A stretch of DNA of 64,000 nucleotides, taken from Amoebidium appalachense. Its lineage: Eukaryota > Protista > Ichthyosporea. This document shows positions 1 to 10,908 of this stretch, piece by piece. The stretch is from contig CAVNZM010000008.1 in NCBI GenBank assembly GCA_963693365.1, positions 5,356,310 through 5,420,309 on the forward strand. Reading direction: 5' to 3'. Both the position numbers and the translations under genes were made by a program. Numbering within the stretch: position 1 is the stretch's first letter; every line of letters begins with the position of its first letter. The notes beneath the pieces were generated by a model that did not search any database, had not been told where the DNA came from, and saw nothing but the letters and a program-made list of their open reading frames with translations.

Positions 1-129
1 GGGGGGGGGGGGAGACACCACCGTCGGGGTTGAAGGTAGAGAGGGCAAGAGGCCCGGGGTGGGGTGGGGTGGGGGGGGGGGGGGGGGGGGACAGTAGATG
101 CCATATGGAGGGCTGTCCCATGGTTTGGG

Positions 130-445
130 GGGAGGGGGAGTGGGGAAGGATCGTGGGCACATGGGTTTGGGGGGGAAGGCAGAGAGGGGGAAAGGATTGT
201 GATCACAAGGGTTTAGGGGGGAAAAGGGGGAAGGATTGTAGGTACATGGGTTTAGGGGGGAGGGGGGGGGAAGATTTTGGGGGAAAGGGAGGCCTGGGGA
301 AAGTATGTGGGCACATGGGTTTGGGGGGAAGGAGGGGGAAGGGTTTTGGGGGGAGAGGGAGGGGAAAGTATGTGGGCACATGGGTTTGGGGGGAGGGAGG
401 GGGAAAGGATTGTGTGGGCACTGAAGTCTCGGGAAGGGCCATGTG
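130..445. repeat. Degenerate G-rich minisatellite (~35-40 bp unit, core tgtgggcacatgggtttggggg) in an intron of the transposase-like gene
   Basis: The core gggcacatgggttt/ggtacatgggttt recurs at about 155, 241, 309 and 374, with variants near 200 and 415. Confidence 0.7.
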
Positions 446-496
446 GTAAGGGAAGCTAGAACATGCATGGCTGCTCGGAGATGCCCTCTCACACAG

Positions 497-3214
497 TGCG
501 GCACCCCAGAGATCCGGGCGCAGGTATTTACACGGGACTGCAGCCACCAGGAGATTGAGCCCGTGATCCAGCGCATCTCTGCCACCACGGCGGCGCTCAA
601 CAGCAAGGCCCCGGCCTTCTTCTACACAGATCGGTGCTGCCAAGACCGGGCGTTTGTTGAGCGCATGTTTCCAACCCTAGCCCGGCCAAAATGCCCCGTC
701 CGTCTGAACGAGGCTGCGCTGGTAAGCGTGACGGACGGTCTGCCTGGGCTGGAGCTGCCGGCCAACTACCCTAAGCCGGTGTACACCGACTGCCAGGGGG
801 CGGTGGTGGCTACAGCGGCCATTCGTGCCGACCTGGAGGGGCAGCAGCACCGCGTGGTGGGGCTGGACTGCGAGTGGGTCTATCGGGTGGGCCAGGCGCG
901 GTCCAAGGTTTGCACGCTGCAGATTGCCACCGCACGGGCCGTGTACATCTTCCACTTGGCACGCATGGGCCCCAACCACAGCCCGCCCGCGCGGCTGGTG
1001 GACGAGCTGATTGCGCTGCTTAGGGACCCCAGCATCATCAAGGTGGGCAAGCAGATCGGCACGGACTCGGCCCACCTCAACAAGGACTACGGCACCCCTG
1101 TGGCCAGCTATCTGGAGCTGGGCCGGTTCTGCTATGCCCGTGCAGCTATCACCTCTGCGGCCCGGGGCTTGGCCGACATCACTGCCCAGGTCATAGGCAA
1201 GAAGCTGCCCAAGCCGGCACTTGTTCGATGCTCCAACTGGCACGAGCCGCTATCAGAGGTGCAGGCCACCTACGCTGCCCTTGATGCATATGCGTCCCTG
1301 CAGGTCTACTCGGCCGTGGTCGATAGGCCAAACCTGTCAGGTGTGTATCCCACCTGCTTTTTGCCCCAGTGCTTATGTGCTTATGCCAGATATAGAAAGA
1401 TTGTGGGCCCCCCAGAGGGAGAGGGGAGGGGGAGGAGGGGGGGGGGGGGGGGGGGGTGGCTGACCACATGGGCCAGTGTTCCAGTTGTGTTATGCTGGGT
1501 GTCGGGTGGCTATCAAAGGAGGGGGTGATTGGTGGTGGTGGTGGTGGGGGGGGGGGGGGGGGGGGGGGGCTATAGCACTGTTAACACGTGCAAGTGCCAC
1601 ACAAGCTGGGCACTGGGAGAGGGGGGGGGGGGGGGGGAGGGAGAAGGGGGGGGGGGGGGGGGGGAAGGGGGTTGCTAAGGAATATGCATTTGATTTTTGT
1701 GGAGCGAAGAGAAAAACGTTGGTGCTGTGGCTTTTTGGCTGAGTTTTTTGCTTCCCTCTATGACATGCAGCGCGGCTTCATGCAAAGGCACTCGGTGAAG
1801 GGGTTGAGATTGTGCCCAGGCGGGGCCCACATGCTGCAGCAGCCACCGGGGTGGTGCTGGCTGTGCAGCCGGAGCGCTGGGGGGGCATGAAGGTGGGCAA
1901 GAAGCATGCAGTGGTGCGGGTGGATCAGGTGCTGTCGCCGGCCATGCAGGTGCCCTTTGGCCCCGACAAGGGCAAGACCCTGGGAGAGCTGGGCCCGCCG
2001 CCCTTTGAGCTGATGGTGCACCTGCAGTGGCTACATACGGCCCATTCAGCCCCCACCGGACCCAGGTGCCGAGGTGCCGGTGGTCCCTGACCCAGCCCCT
2101 CCCCCTGCCACTCCTCCCCCTGCCGAGCAGCAGCAACCCCTTGCCGGCCCACAGGCACCCCCCCAGGACCCCCAGGCAGCCCCGGGGGGCCTTGAGGCAG
2201 CCCCAGGGGGACCCGAGGCAGCTCCCAGAGAGGGCATGTTGGGCCAGGCACCGCCTGGGGAGGTGGTGTGGCAGACTGTGCTGAATGACGCCTTCCACTC
2301 CATTGCAAACACGGCGGACGGCACGTACAAGTCACACCCTCGCAGGGCTGAGTACGCACGCGCACTCAGCGAGGCAATATTTGTGTGGAATGAAGAGGAT
2401 TACGGACATGTGAAGGTGCCCCCCCCCCTCCCCCCCCCCCCCCCAAAAAATAAAAAATAAAAAATAAAAATAAAAAAACGGCAACAACAACATGCGTGAC
2501 GCGCACACACACATACACTCGTTAGCACACACTCACCATTCCACCCACAACCATGCACACCCTCGACAAAACTTCTGAGGGAAGAGAGAGAGCCTGAGCC
2601 TCAGAGAGAGGGGGGGCAAGGGGGGGGGGGGGGAGGGGGGAGGAGGAGAGTGGGGGTTATTCATATGCCTAGAGAGAAATAATGTAGGGTTGTGGGGGGA
2701 AATAGCCACATGCATTTTTTACTTGTGTTGGGGGAGAAGATGGGGGGGGTGGAGGGGAGGGGTCCTACAATAACGGCAGGTATCAAAGTCTACCAAACCC
2801 AAATTGCAGTGTGCGTAGTAAATTAATATTGGCATCCTGCCTCACAGGGGGTGCTGGAGCAGAAGGGCATCGACATTGAAACCGAGCTCAAGGGCGGCGA
2901 CCTGAGCTACTTCATGGAGCGCATCCGGCGGGTTATTCCCGACCCATACACGCTGGTCTCGCGGCTGGTGGAGTTCAAAAACACCTACAAGGATGTGCCG
3001 CCCGGACCGGATGGCAAGCCTCTGTTCAAGAAGGATGGCTTTGAAAGACTCGAGGCAACATCCCCCCCCCCCCTCCCCCCCTGCAGGCGCCCAACAACTC
3101 CACCACCACAGAAAAGATTCTTCGCTTATTTGTCATCCTTGGTTCATCTGCACACACACGCACACCCTAGCCTCCCCCTCCCCCCCCCCCCCCCCCCCCC
3201 CCCCCAAACATACA

Positions 3215-3269
<55 letters not shown>

Positions 3270-3341
3270 CCCGCACGGCCCTTGCTGCCTAGCCAGTTGT
3301 TTTTTGCCTTTCCCTGCTCGTTTTTTTCCTTAGCAACCCCA

Positions 3342-3390
<49 letters not shown>

Positions 3391-5054
3391 ATACACACAC
3401 ACTACCACCACCACCACCCACCCATCTCTCTGATGTTTGCTTGTGCCCCCACAGTCGCTGCTCGAACACGCCCAAAATGGCTGTCTGTCGGACCCCCCCC
3501 GGCCTGCCCCTCTACTACGAGACCACTGCCGACGCAGATGGGCTCATGCGCTACCGCTGCATCCGGGGCACCAACGAGGTGGAGGGGGCAGTGCACAACC
3601 CCCTGGCCACCCACTTTGGGGCCACACGCATGTCGCTGCGCCTGCTGGACGCCACCATGTCCAATAGGCGCCACCGCCACAACCTGCGTGCACACTACCG
3701 CAACCGCCTGGGCCAGGCATCGGGGCCCCCCCATTACAGCCCCTGGATTGTTGACGACATGGAGGCACTGGCGCTGATGCTGTACGGCCATCACCTCGAC
3801 CCCCAGTGGGTACCCGTAGGCTGCTACAAGCTACCGGAGGAGTACTTCAACTTTGCCCCGCTCTCCTGTGTGGCCAATGTCCCGGCGCAGGAGCCAGTTG
3901 CGGTGCCCGCACCCCCACCTCCGTCTGATAACATCGAGCCTGCAGCCAATGGCGTGATGGGCGGGCCAGAGGACTGTGAGGTCGAGGAGGGTGACGGTGC
4001 TGCCATGGGGGGGGGCAACCAGGTGGCGCGTGGTGCACCACAGCCGGACCCTGCACTGAGGGGCGACTACAAGTTCCTGGCGCAGAAGCAACATGTGGCC
4101 ATCCCCTTCCTTCCGGTGCTTACCCCTCAGGAGCGCAAGGTATTCAGCACGCTGCTCCTGGGCACCTACAAGGCACATGCAAAGCCCAACGGCCAGCTGT
4201 TCGAGGCTTTGGCCCAAGACTTCAACAAGGCTGCCTCTGTGGCTGGGGGAATCTACATGAAGGATGCGGCCTACATCAAGAAGCATTTCGACAAGTGGAA
4301 GACCTGGCAGACGGCACATGCACAGCGCTCCACACACGAGGGCCTGGCAGATCACCGCAAGCGTATGCGCGAGGAGAGGGCAGACGCTGTGCCAGCAACC
4401 ATACGGCCTGCCCCCCTGCCACCCCTCCCTGTTCCAGACGGTGTCGATGCAGGGGCGCAGCGTGAGCGGCCCTTGCCCATGCTAGTGGGCAAAAAGCATC
4501 GCAACATTGGCCCTGAGGGGCCCCTGCAGATGGATTTGCCGGTGCCCCCTCCTATGCAGCCACCCCAGAGAGCCCCCAAGACCTGCAAGACGTGTGGCCG
4601 CCAGGGCAAGGGCTGCCCCGGCTCCAATCGGGCCAAGAGCTGCCCACGTTGGGTTGCAGCCAATCAGGATGCCATGCCACCAGCACCCGCGCTTGACATG
4701 CAGCAGGGCCATGTGCCGCACATGCCCCCTGCACCCCATCCAGGCCCGCACCACCCACATGGCTGGCCCCCACCGTGGGGCATCATGCCGCCTCAGCCCG
4801 GCCCTGCCTTCCCCATGCCTGGGCTACTGCCGCAGCACGGTCCCCATCCTTACTTGGGCCATGTGGGCCAGCCCTCGGCTGGTGGGCAGTTCCCACCCCC
4901 TTCTCGTGCATCTGCTGTGCTGGGCCTGGCGTTGCCACCTGCTGGAGAGACGCAGCTGCAATGGCACGATCGAAAGCAAAGTAATCGTGGCCGCAAGTCT
5001 GCAGGCAGCCAATCAGGATCTCAGAGTAGTCAGAGTAGCCAAACTAGTGTCTAA
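497..5054 (+). mobile_element. Spliced DDE-transposase-like gene (C/DxxH class, Mutator/ISL3-like) carrying an inserted WRN-type DEDDy 3'-5' exonuclease domain; 5' end outside the window
   Basis: Exons 497-1340, 1771-2415, 2848-3054, 3455-5054 join in phase. Exonuclease motifs: VVGLDCEW, LQIAT, KVGKQIGTD, RCSNW, YAALDAY. Transposase-like motifs: FYTDRCC, LNDAFH, GCLSDPPGLPLYY, YRCIRGTNEVEGAVH, and a C-terminal CKTC..CPG..C finger. Two +1 shifts fall in C-runs (about 2050-2054 and 3493-3500). The donor at 3055 reads GC. No TIR or TSD identified. Confidence 0.65.
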
Positions 5055-5484
5055 TATTGGAATGTACACCAATGTAACGGATCTCATATGTGTTGTAGCG
5101 CTTCAAGTTATACCTGTTTTTCGTACAGTCATGTTAGGGGGGGGGGGGGGGGGGGGGGCTAGCTTTCATTCCGAAGTTTACTGTTAAGAATTAAAATTTA
5201 GAATCTGAGTAATAGTACAGAGCCTTTGCACTTTTCTCTGTTTGTTAGGAATTCTTTGTGATCGAGAGTATGGTGTGTTAGACTATTGGTGTTAATGTGT
5301 CCTGGAAGGTGTATAATGTCTGCTGGCCGTAGTCAGTATTTATTTTTAGGTATATAGTATATTTTTAAATGTTGGCCGCTGGCCAATAAATAGCAAATAA
5401 TAAACACACGATAAAGTCAACAGCGTGCCAAAAAACTAATCCCCAGCGAGCGCACCCAGTGATGAGTGTGTGTGTGTGTGTGTC

Positions 5485-5530
<46 letters not shown>

Positions 5531-5539
5531 CGTGTGTGC

Positions 5540-5582
<43 letters not shown>

Positions 5583-6327
5583 TGTGTGCGTGTGTGTGTG
5601 AGTGTGTGTGTGTGTGTGTGTATGTGTGGTGTGGTGTGTGCGCGGCTTGTACATATGTACGTGTTCATGTGCACCTGTGTCGGACCTACGAAGTACATGA
5701 AAGTAAATTTTGACAGCATCGATCTGCCGGTGTGTATGTGTATGTGTGCCAGTGCAGCAGGTGTGCCTTGTAACTGATAGCTTCGCATTTTACGTGTGTG
5801 TATATATAGTAGTACACATAGACACTTGCTGATCATTCGGATCGACATTAATATTTAATCTGTCGGTCCTCGGTTTTTTGAGTGAATGATGATCAAGTGT
5901 AAGAGCATTCACTTGGCAAGTATTAATGTTGCAGAGGCTAGCTGCAGCTGCAAGCGTCGGATGCACACTGACAATTGTCTTTTCAGCGAGTCTAACCTGC
6001 AGGCTGCAGCTGCACACATATAGGGTTGTTATCTTGCGGCACATGCACGGTGATCATTTCAGAGTAATAGAGTTCAGAGCAATGAAAATAATGAAAATAA
6101 CTAAACTTTGTGACTACTTTAAAGTTGCTGAGATCATACGTGGTGCAAGCTGCACTATGAACACATGTACAGTGCTAGTAATTAATACATTTTTGTTGCC
6201 TTCTGCAGGGTTATCGTAGCTACGTCACGGGCTGCACTCAGGGGGGGGGAGGGGGGGGGGGAGAGGGGGGATGATTCGAAGGGGGTATAAATAAGAACAT
6301 GCACCCAAAGGTCTTTCCCGTGGATCC

Positions 6328-6365
<38 letters not shown>

Positions 6366-6480
6366 GGCCCCATACTATGATATCTAGGCCCAATATTATA
6401 TGCCCCTTCCCCCCCCCCCCCCCCCCCCCCCCTCCTCCGGATCCCCGGACCCCACTTCCCTACCCGGAGGCTCAAGAGCT

Positions 6481-6511
<31 letters not shown>

Positions 6512-6531
6512 AAGGCTTACGGGGGCCCTTC

Positions 6532-6588
<57 letters not shown>

Positions 6589-6827
6589 AGTGGAAGGCGG
6601 GGGTGGATGCATGTCAGCCTAGGTGAATTCAATTGTTTAACTCCAGTGTGCAGGACTGGTCTGAAGGCTTAAGAAAACAACGAGGAAATGGGGTCCAGTG
6701 GAGGTGGTGGTGGTGTTCTGTGTGTGTGTGTACACGTGCACGTATGTGTGTGGTTTTTTTAAGGGGTGAGTGGTGGTGGTGGTGGTGGTGGTGGTCACCG
6801 TGGTGGTGGTGTGTGTGTCTGGTGTGT

Positions 6828-6858
<31 letters not shown>

Positions 6859-7620
6859 GGGGGGGGGGGATAGAAAGAAAAACTGCTCGTGGGTCACTGT
6901 TTTTCGTCACTGTATTTGTAACGGGCCGCTCATATTTATATAACTACTTTAATTTAAGTACACGTGTTCATTATCATATACGATGGCCAAATATAGAAAT
7001 TTTGGCGTCGAAGTTCTTGGAGCTAAAAAAACGTGTAAAAGGGGGAAATAATAGCTTGGCCCCAAATTTACCTTGCCGTTTTTAGCGAATGTATTTTTTA
7101 TTCATGTGTTCTAGTGATTCAGTGAGTGCACGTGCCTGCCTCAGGCTGATCATGACAACTGCAACACACCATTCCTACATGGATATCAACCAACAGAAAA
7201 TAGTATATACTGTGGTGGTCTCCTAAACCTTGTGCGGCATGCGCATACATGATATTACAGTGACGCATGTGCATATTATTGTTCTGTACACCGGAGTGTG
7301 CCGGTGCACGTGGCTGTTTTGTGCACATGTTACAATAGCAGCACGATCTCCCTAAACTCCATGTTTACACATCCCTCACCCTGCCTGGCTCTGCCTTGTC
7401 GGTGCTCCAAAACACACATACAAATCCCCCTAGACTCAGTGCCTGCACATGGTCGCATTCACGTGCAGGTCACGTGACACATGCGATGCCATACTGCCGT
7501 CTACAGCAACAACCACGGCAGCATGTATACCGGCCCAGCACGAAATATACTTATCGGCAGCCCACTGAACTCGCCCATTTTCTCTTTTTCATGTATGTCC
7601 CTCCTTTTTTGTAAAATCAC

Positions 7621-7880
7621 CCTTTTTGGCCTCCCGGTAGTGGATTTTGCAGGATTTGACTTCTTTGAGGTCCAAAAACCTCAAATTTTCCCCGGCGGGG
7701 CCGAGGAGGGAGAATTCAAAAATTGCCCGCTCCTGATATGGTACCCGGGCCCTTTTTGGCCTCCCGGTAGTGGATTTTGCAGGATTTGACTTCTTTGAGG
7801 TCCAAAAACCTCAAATTTTCCCCGGCGGGGCCGAGGAGGGAGAATTCAAAAATTGCCCGCTCCTGATATGGTACCCGGGC
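7621..7880. repeat. Perfect tandem duplication, 2 x 130 bp
   Basis: 7621-7750 and 7751-7880 read identically (cctttttggcctcccggtag...gtacccgggc). Confidence 0.95.
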
Positions 7881-8033
7881 CGTTGCCCCACGACATGCAT
7901 GCATTCAATCAATTCGGAGGTGCATATGCAACAAGTTGCGCCTGCCCGCTGTGGCTAAACTTGATGCCAGTAAACCCACCAAGATATTCAGCCTACCACC
8001 TACTGAGGCGGTGTCTCCTTTCTTTTTCTTTTT

Positions 8034-8069
<36 letters not shown>

Positions 8070-8499
8070 TTAAAAGGGCCGCCTGATCATGAGTAGATGT
8101 TAAACGTCGCACGTGCGGCAACACGTCAGTACGTGTTAGATTTGCAGCCAATTTTGAGCGTTTCATACCAACAATGTGCCCATTTCACTTGAAACCCCCT
8201 CATGATATATGGCTACTACCCCTGCCACGTGCACACCGTGCCCGCTGGGCCATCCGCTTTTCCTTGACACGTACGCACGCGTTCATATATACAGGGGGCA
8301 CGCGCATAACATTGCTTAGAATCGAGCTCGCCTGAACATGGGCATCGGCTGAACATTTCTTTACATGTATGTATATATGTATTGGGTCTCCGTCTGACTC
8401 AAGTATAAAGCAGTATGTCAACATAGGCAACGGGCACGTGCACCGGTACCGGTGTGCATAAAGCCAAGTTTGTGACTACTGCCGCATATGCACACAATT

Positions 8500-8678
8500 G
8501 GCTTCGTGGCCCCGTGGCCCATGGGCCGAATCGTGGCCCGTTCAGAATCAGGATCACTCATACTGGCCCGGATCGACTAATTTGCGCAAGTTTGCATAAG
8601 GCCCCTGCACGTGACTGGCCAGTTGGGTACATAAACGCATAGCTGCCACGGAAACAGTCTTTCTGCTGGCAATCGAAA
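8500..8678 (+). promoter_or_regulatory. RPL4 promoter/5'UTR with clustered TGGCCC/TGGGCC motifs and a short pyrimidine tract (TOP-like)
   Basis: tggccc/tgggcc at about 8507, 8515, 8522, 8534 and 8564, including the palindrome ggcccatgggcc; tctttct at about 8658-8664, just before the ATG at 8679. Confidence 0.4.
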
Positions 8679-10908
8679 ATGGTACGTGGTCAGTGATATA
8701 TTGCTGAGATACTGAGATGGTGAAAGAATGGAGAAAGGACGAACGTGCAGGAACGTTTTGTGCACTTGTTTCCGCTGGCTCGGTGCTGTATGGAGGCTGA
8801 GAAAGTTGGAGCCCATGAAACAAAGTTCTATCCGTATGGCCTACACAACTGACTGGGATTGGGCAGGCAGCTGCTGCGCGCCCCGTTGTGTCTGTGCACT
8901 CGCCCGACAAGGGCGACGTCACGGGCACGGTCACCCTCCCGGCCGTGTTCAAGACGTCCGTGCGCCCCGACCTGGTCAACTTCGTGCACACTAGCATGAA
9001 CAAGAACAAGCGCCAGGCCTATGCCGTCAACGTAGATGCCGGTCATCAGACCTCCGCCGAGTCCTGGTAGGTGCACTTTCCACCTGCGCATGTGCCTGTG
9101 TTTTGTATGTCGTTGATTCGGTTTCACCTGTGTCTTGTCTGTATGTGCTTTTGAATGTCTGTTTGGGAGGGCATGCAGTGTACTTAAACGTTGTTGATCG
9201 TGTGAGCAACGTGTTGACCAGCCACTACAATGATGAGTCATATAGTTATCCCTGTCTTAGGAATAGCTTTCACTCTACCGTGCTGAAATTACTATGCTGA
9301 ACAGTGGCTATATGTTACTCTTTTCTTCATCCACCAGTTTGCTACTCTCTAACTCCTATCTGCTGTTCTCTATAGGGGTACTGGTCGCGCCGTGGCCCGT
9401 ATCCCCCGCGTGTCTGGCAGCGGTACCCACCGCGCCGGCCAGGGTGCCTTCGGTAACATGTGCCGCAAGGGTCGCATGTTCGCCCCCACCAAGATCTGGC
9501 GCAAGTGGCACAAGAAGATCAACCTGAACCAGCGCCGCTACGCCACCGCCTCGGCCCTGGCTGCCTCTGCTCTCCCCGCCCTCGTCATGGCCCGCGGCCA
9601 CCGCGTAGGTGTTCTCTTTTCATCTTGCCTTTGTTCTTGCTTGCATGTGCTTCTCTCGTTCTGTTGGTTTCAGCACTCCTTTGTTACGGGCAAGGTGTTT
9701 GATGTGGATGACATAACTCGATCACAAAACTAGCAGTACTGAATGGTCACGTGGTCTTTCTGTTACCTTCCGTTTCTTACCTCTTTTCTTCTTTACAGAT
9801 CAGCCAGGTCCCCGAGGTCCCCCTCGTGATCGGCAACGGTGCTGAGGCCCTGACCAAGACCAAGGCCGCCGTCGAGCTGCTCAAGACGGTCGGTGCCTAC
9901 GACGATGTCGTCAAGGCCAAGGAGAGCAAGAAGGTGCGCGCCGGCAAGGGCAAGATGCGCAACCGCCGCTACACCTTGCGCCGTGGTCCCCTTGTGATCT
10001 ACGACAAGAACCAGGGCATTGCCAAGGCCTTCCGCAACTTGCCCGGTGTGGAGGTTGCCAGCGTGGACTCGCTCAACCTGCTGCAGCTGGCCCCCGGTGG
10101 CCACCTTGGTCGCTTCATCATCTGGACCCAGGGTGCCTTTGAGAAGCTGGACCAGCTCTACGGCACCTTCCGCAAGCCCTCGGCCCTCAAGTCTGGCTAC
10201 TCGTATGTACCCTTGCCTTTTGTTATGTTTGTGGCTTTTGCTCTACTTTGTTTTTTCCCCCATATCATCTTCAAATTCTGTCCTGCCTCGAGCAACTGAA
10301 AGGTTCTTTTGTTTTTATACTCGTACTGTCTGCACACGTGCACTGTTACCTTTGTATACTGCTTTCTTGCCCTTCGTGCAACATTCTCCCAAAAAGTAAT
10401 TAATGCCATTGACTTGTTAAAGGGTGTGCTCTGATGACCAAAACTCAAAACAGGATGGCGATATGACGCGCAAAATACTTCCTAAATGATCAAGTTCTGA
10501 GCACCTACCCTCATCTTTCCCCTCCTTTCACTCCCTCCCACGTCTCCTTTCTAACATTACGGTACGGTTCTCCCACACAGGCTGCCCCAGCCCATCATGG
10601 CCAACAGCGACCTCAACCGCCTCATCAACTCCGATGAGATCCAGAGCGTCATCCGCTCCACCAAGGACCGCCGCCGCCACGCCCCGGCCCAGAAGAACCC
10701 CCTCAAGAACGTGGGTGTCATGGTGCGCCTCAACCCCTACGCCCAGGCCGTGAAGCGCGCCGAGATCCTCACCCAGGAGACTCGCATCAAGGCCAAGGCT
10801 GAGCTGCTCAACAAGAAGCGCAACATCAGCGACAAGGAGAAGAAGACAGAGGCCGCTCGTCGTGCCGTTACCAAGAAGTTCTTTGGCGCCATCACCTCGT
10901 CCGCCTAA
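8679..10908 (+). CDS. RPL4: 60S ribosomal protein L4 (uL4), 5 exons
   Basis: Exons 8679-8681 (ATG only), 8867-9066, 9376-9604, 9799-10202, 10581-10908, all GT-AG. Translation includes [75 protein letters not shown] and RLNPYA. AATAAA at about 10912 and 10977. Confidence 0.98.
9220..9309 (+). ncRNA. Intronic box C/D snoRNA, snR38/SNORD1-like (guides LSU rRNA 2'-O-methylation)
   Basis: Box C ATGATGA 9230-9236; guide AGTTATCCCTGT 9244-9255, complementary to the conserved LSU sequence ACAGGGATAACT; D' CTTA; C'-like GTGCTGA 9280-9286; box D CTGA 9297-9300; terminal stem agccact/agtggct. Lies in RPL4 intron 2. Confidence 0.88.
10426..10504 (+). ncRNA. Intronic box C/D snoRNA, U20/SNORD20-like (guides 18S rRNA 2'-O-methylation near the 3' end)
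   Basis: Box C (C)TGATGA 10431-10437; box D CTGA 10497-10500, preceded by CTAAATGATCAAGTT, complementary to 18S AACTTGATCATTTAG; terminal stem gtgc/gcac. Lies in RPL4 intron 4. Confidence 0.88.

Noticed and set aside
8682-9798. Additional snoRNAs in RPL4 introns 1 and 3
   Set aside because: Only partial box-like motifs, with no convincing terminal stem or long rRNA guide.
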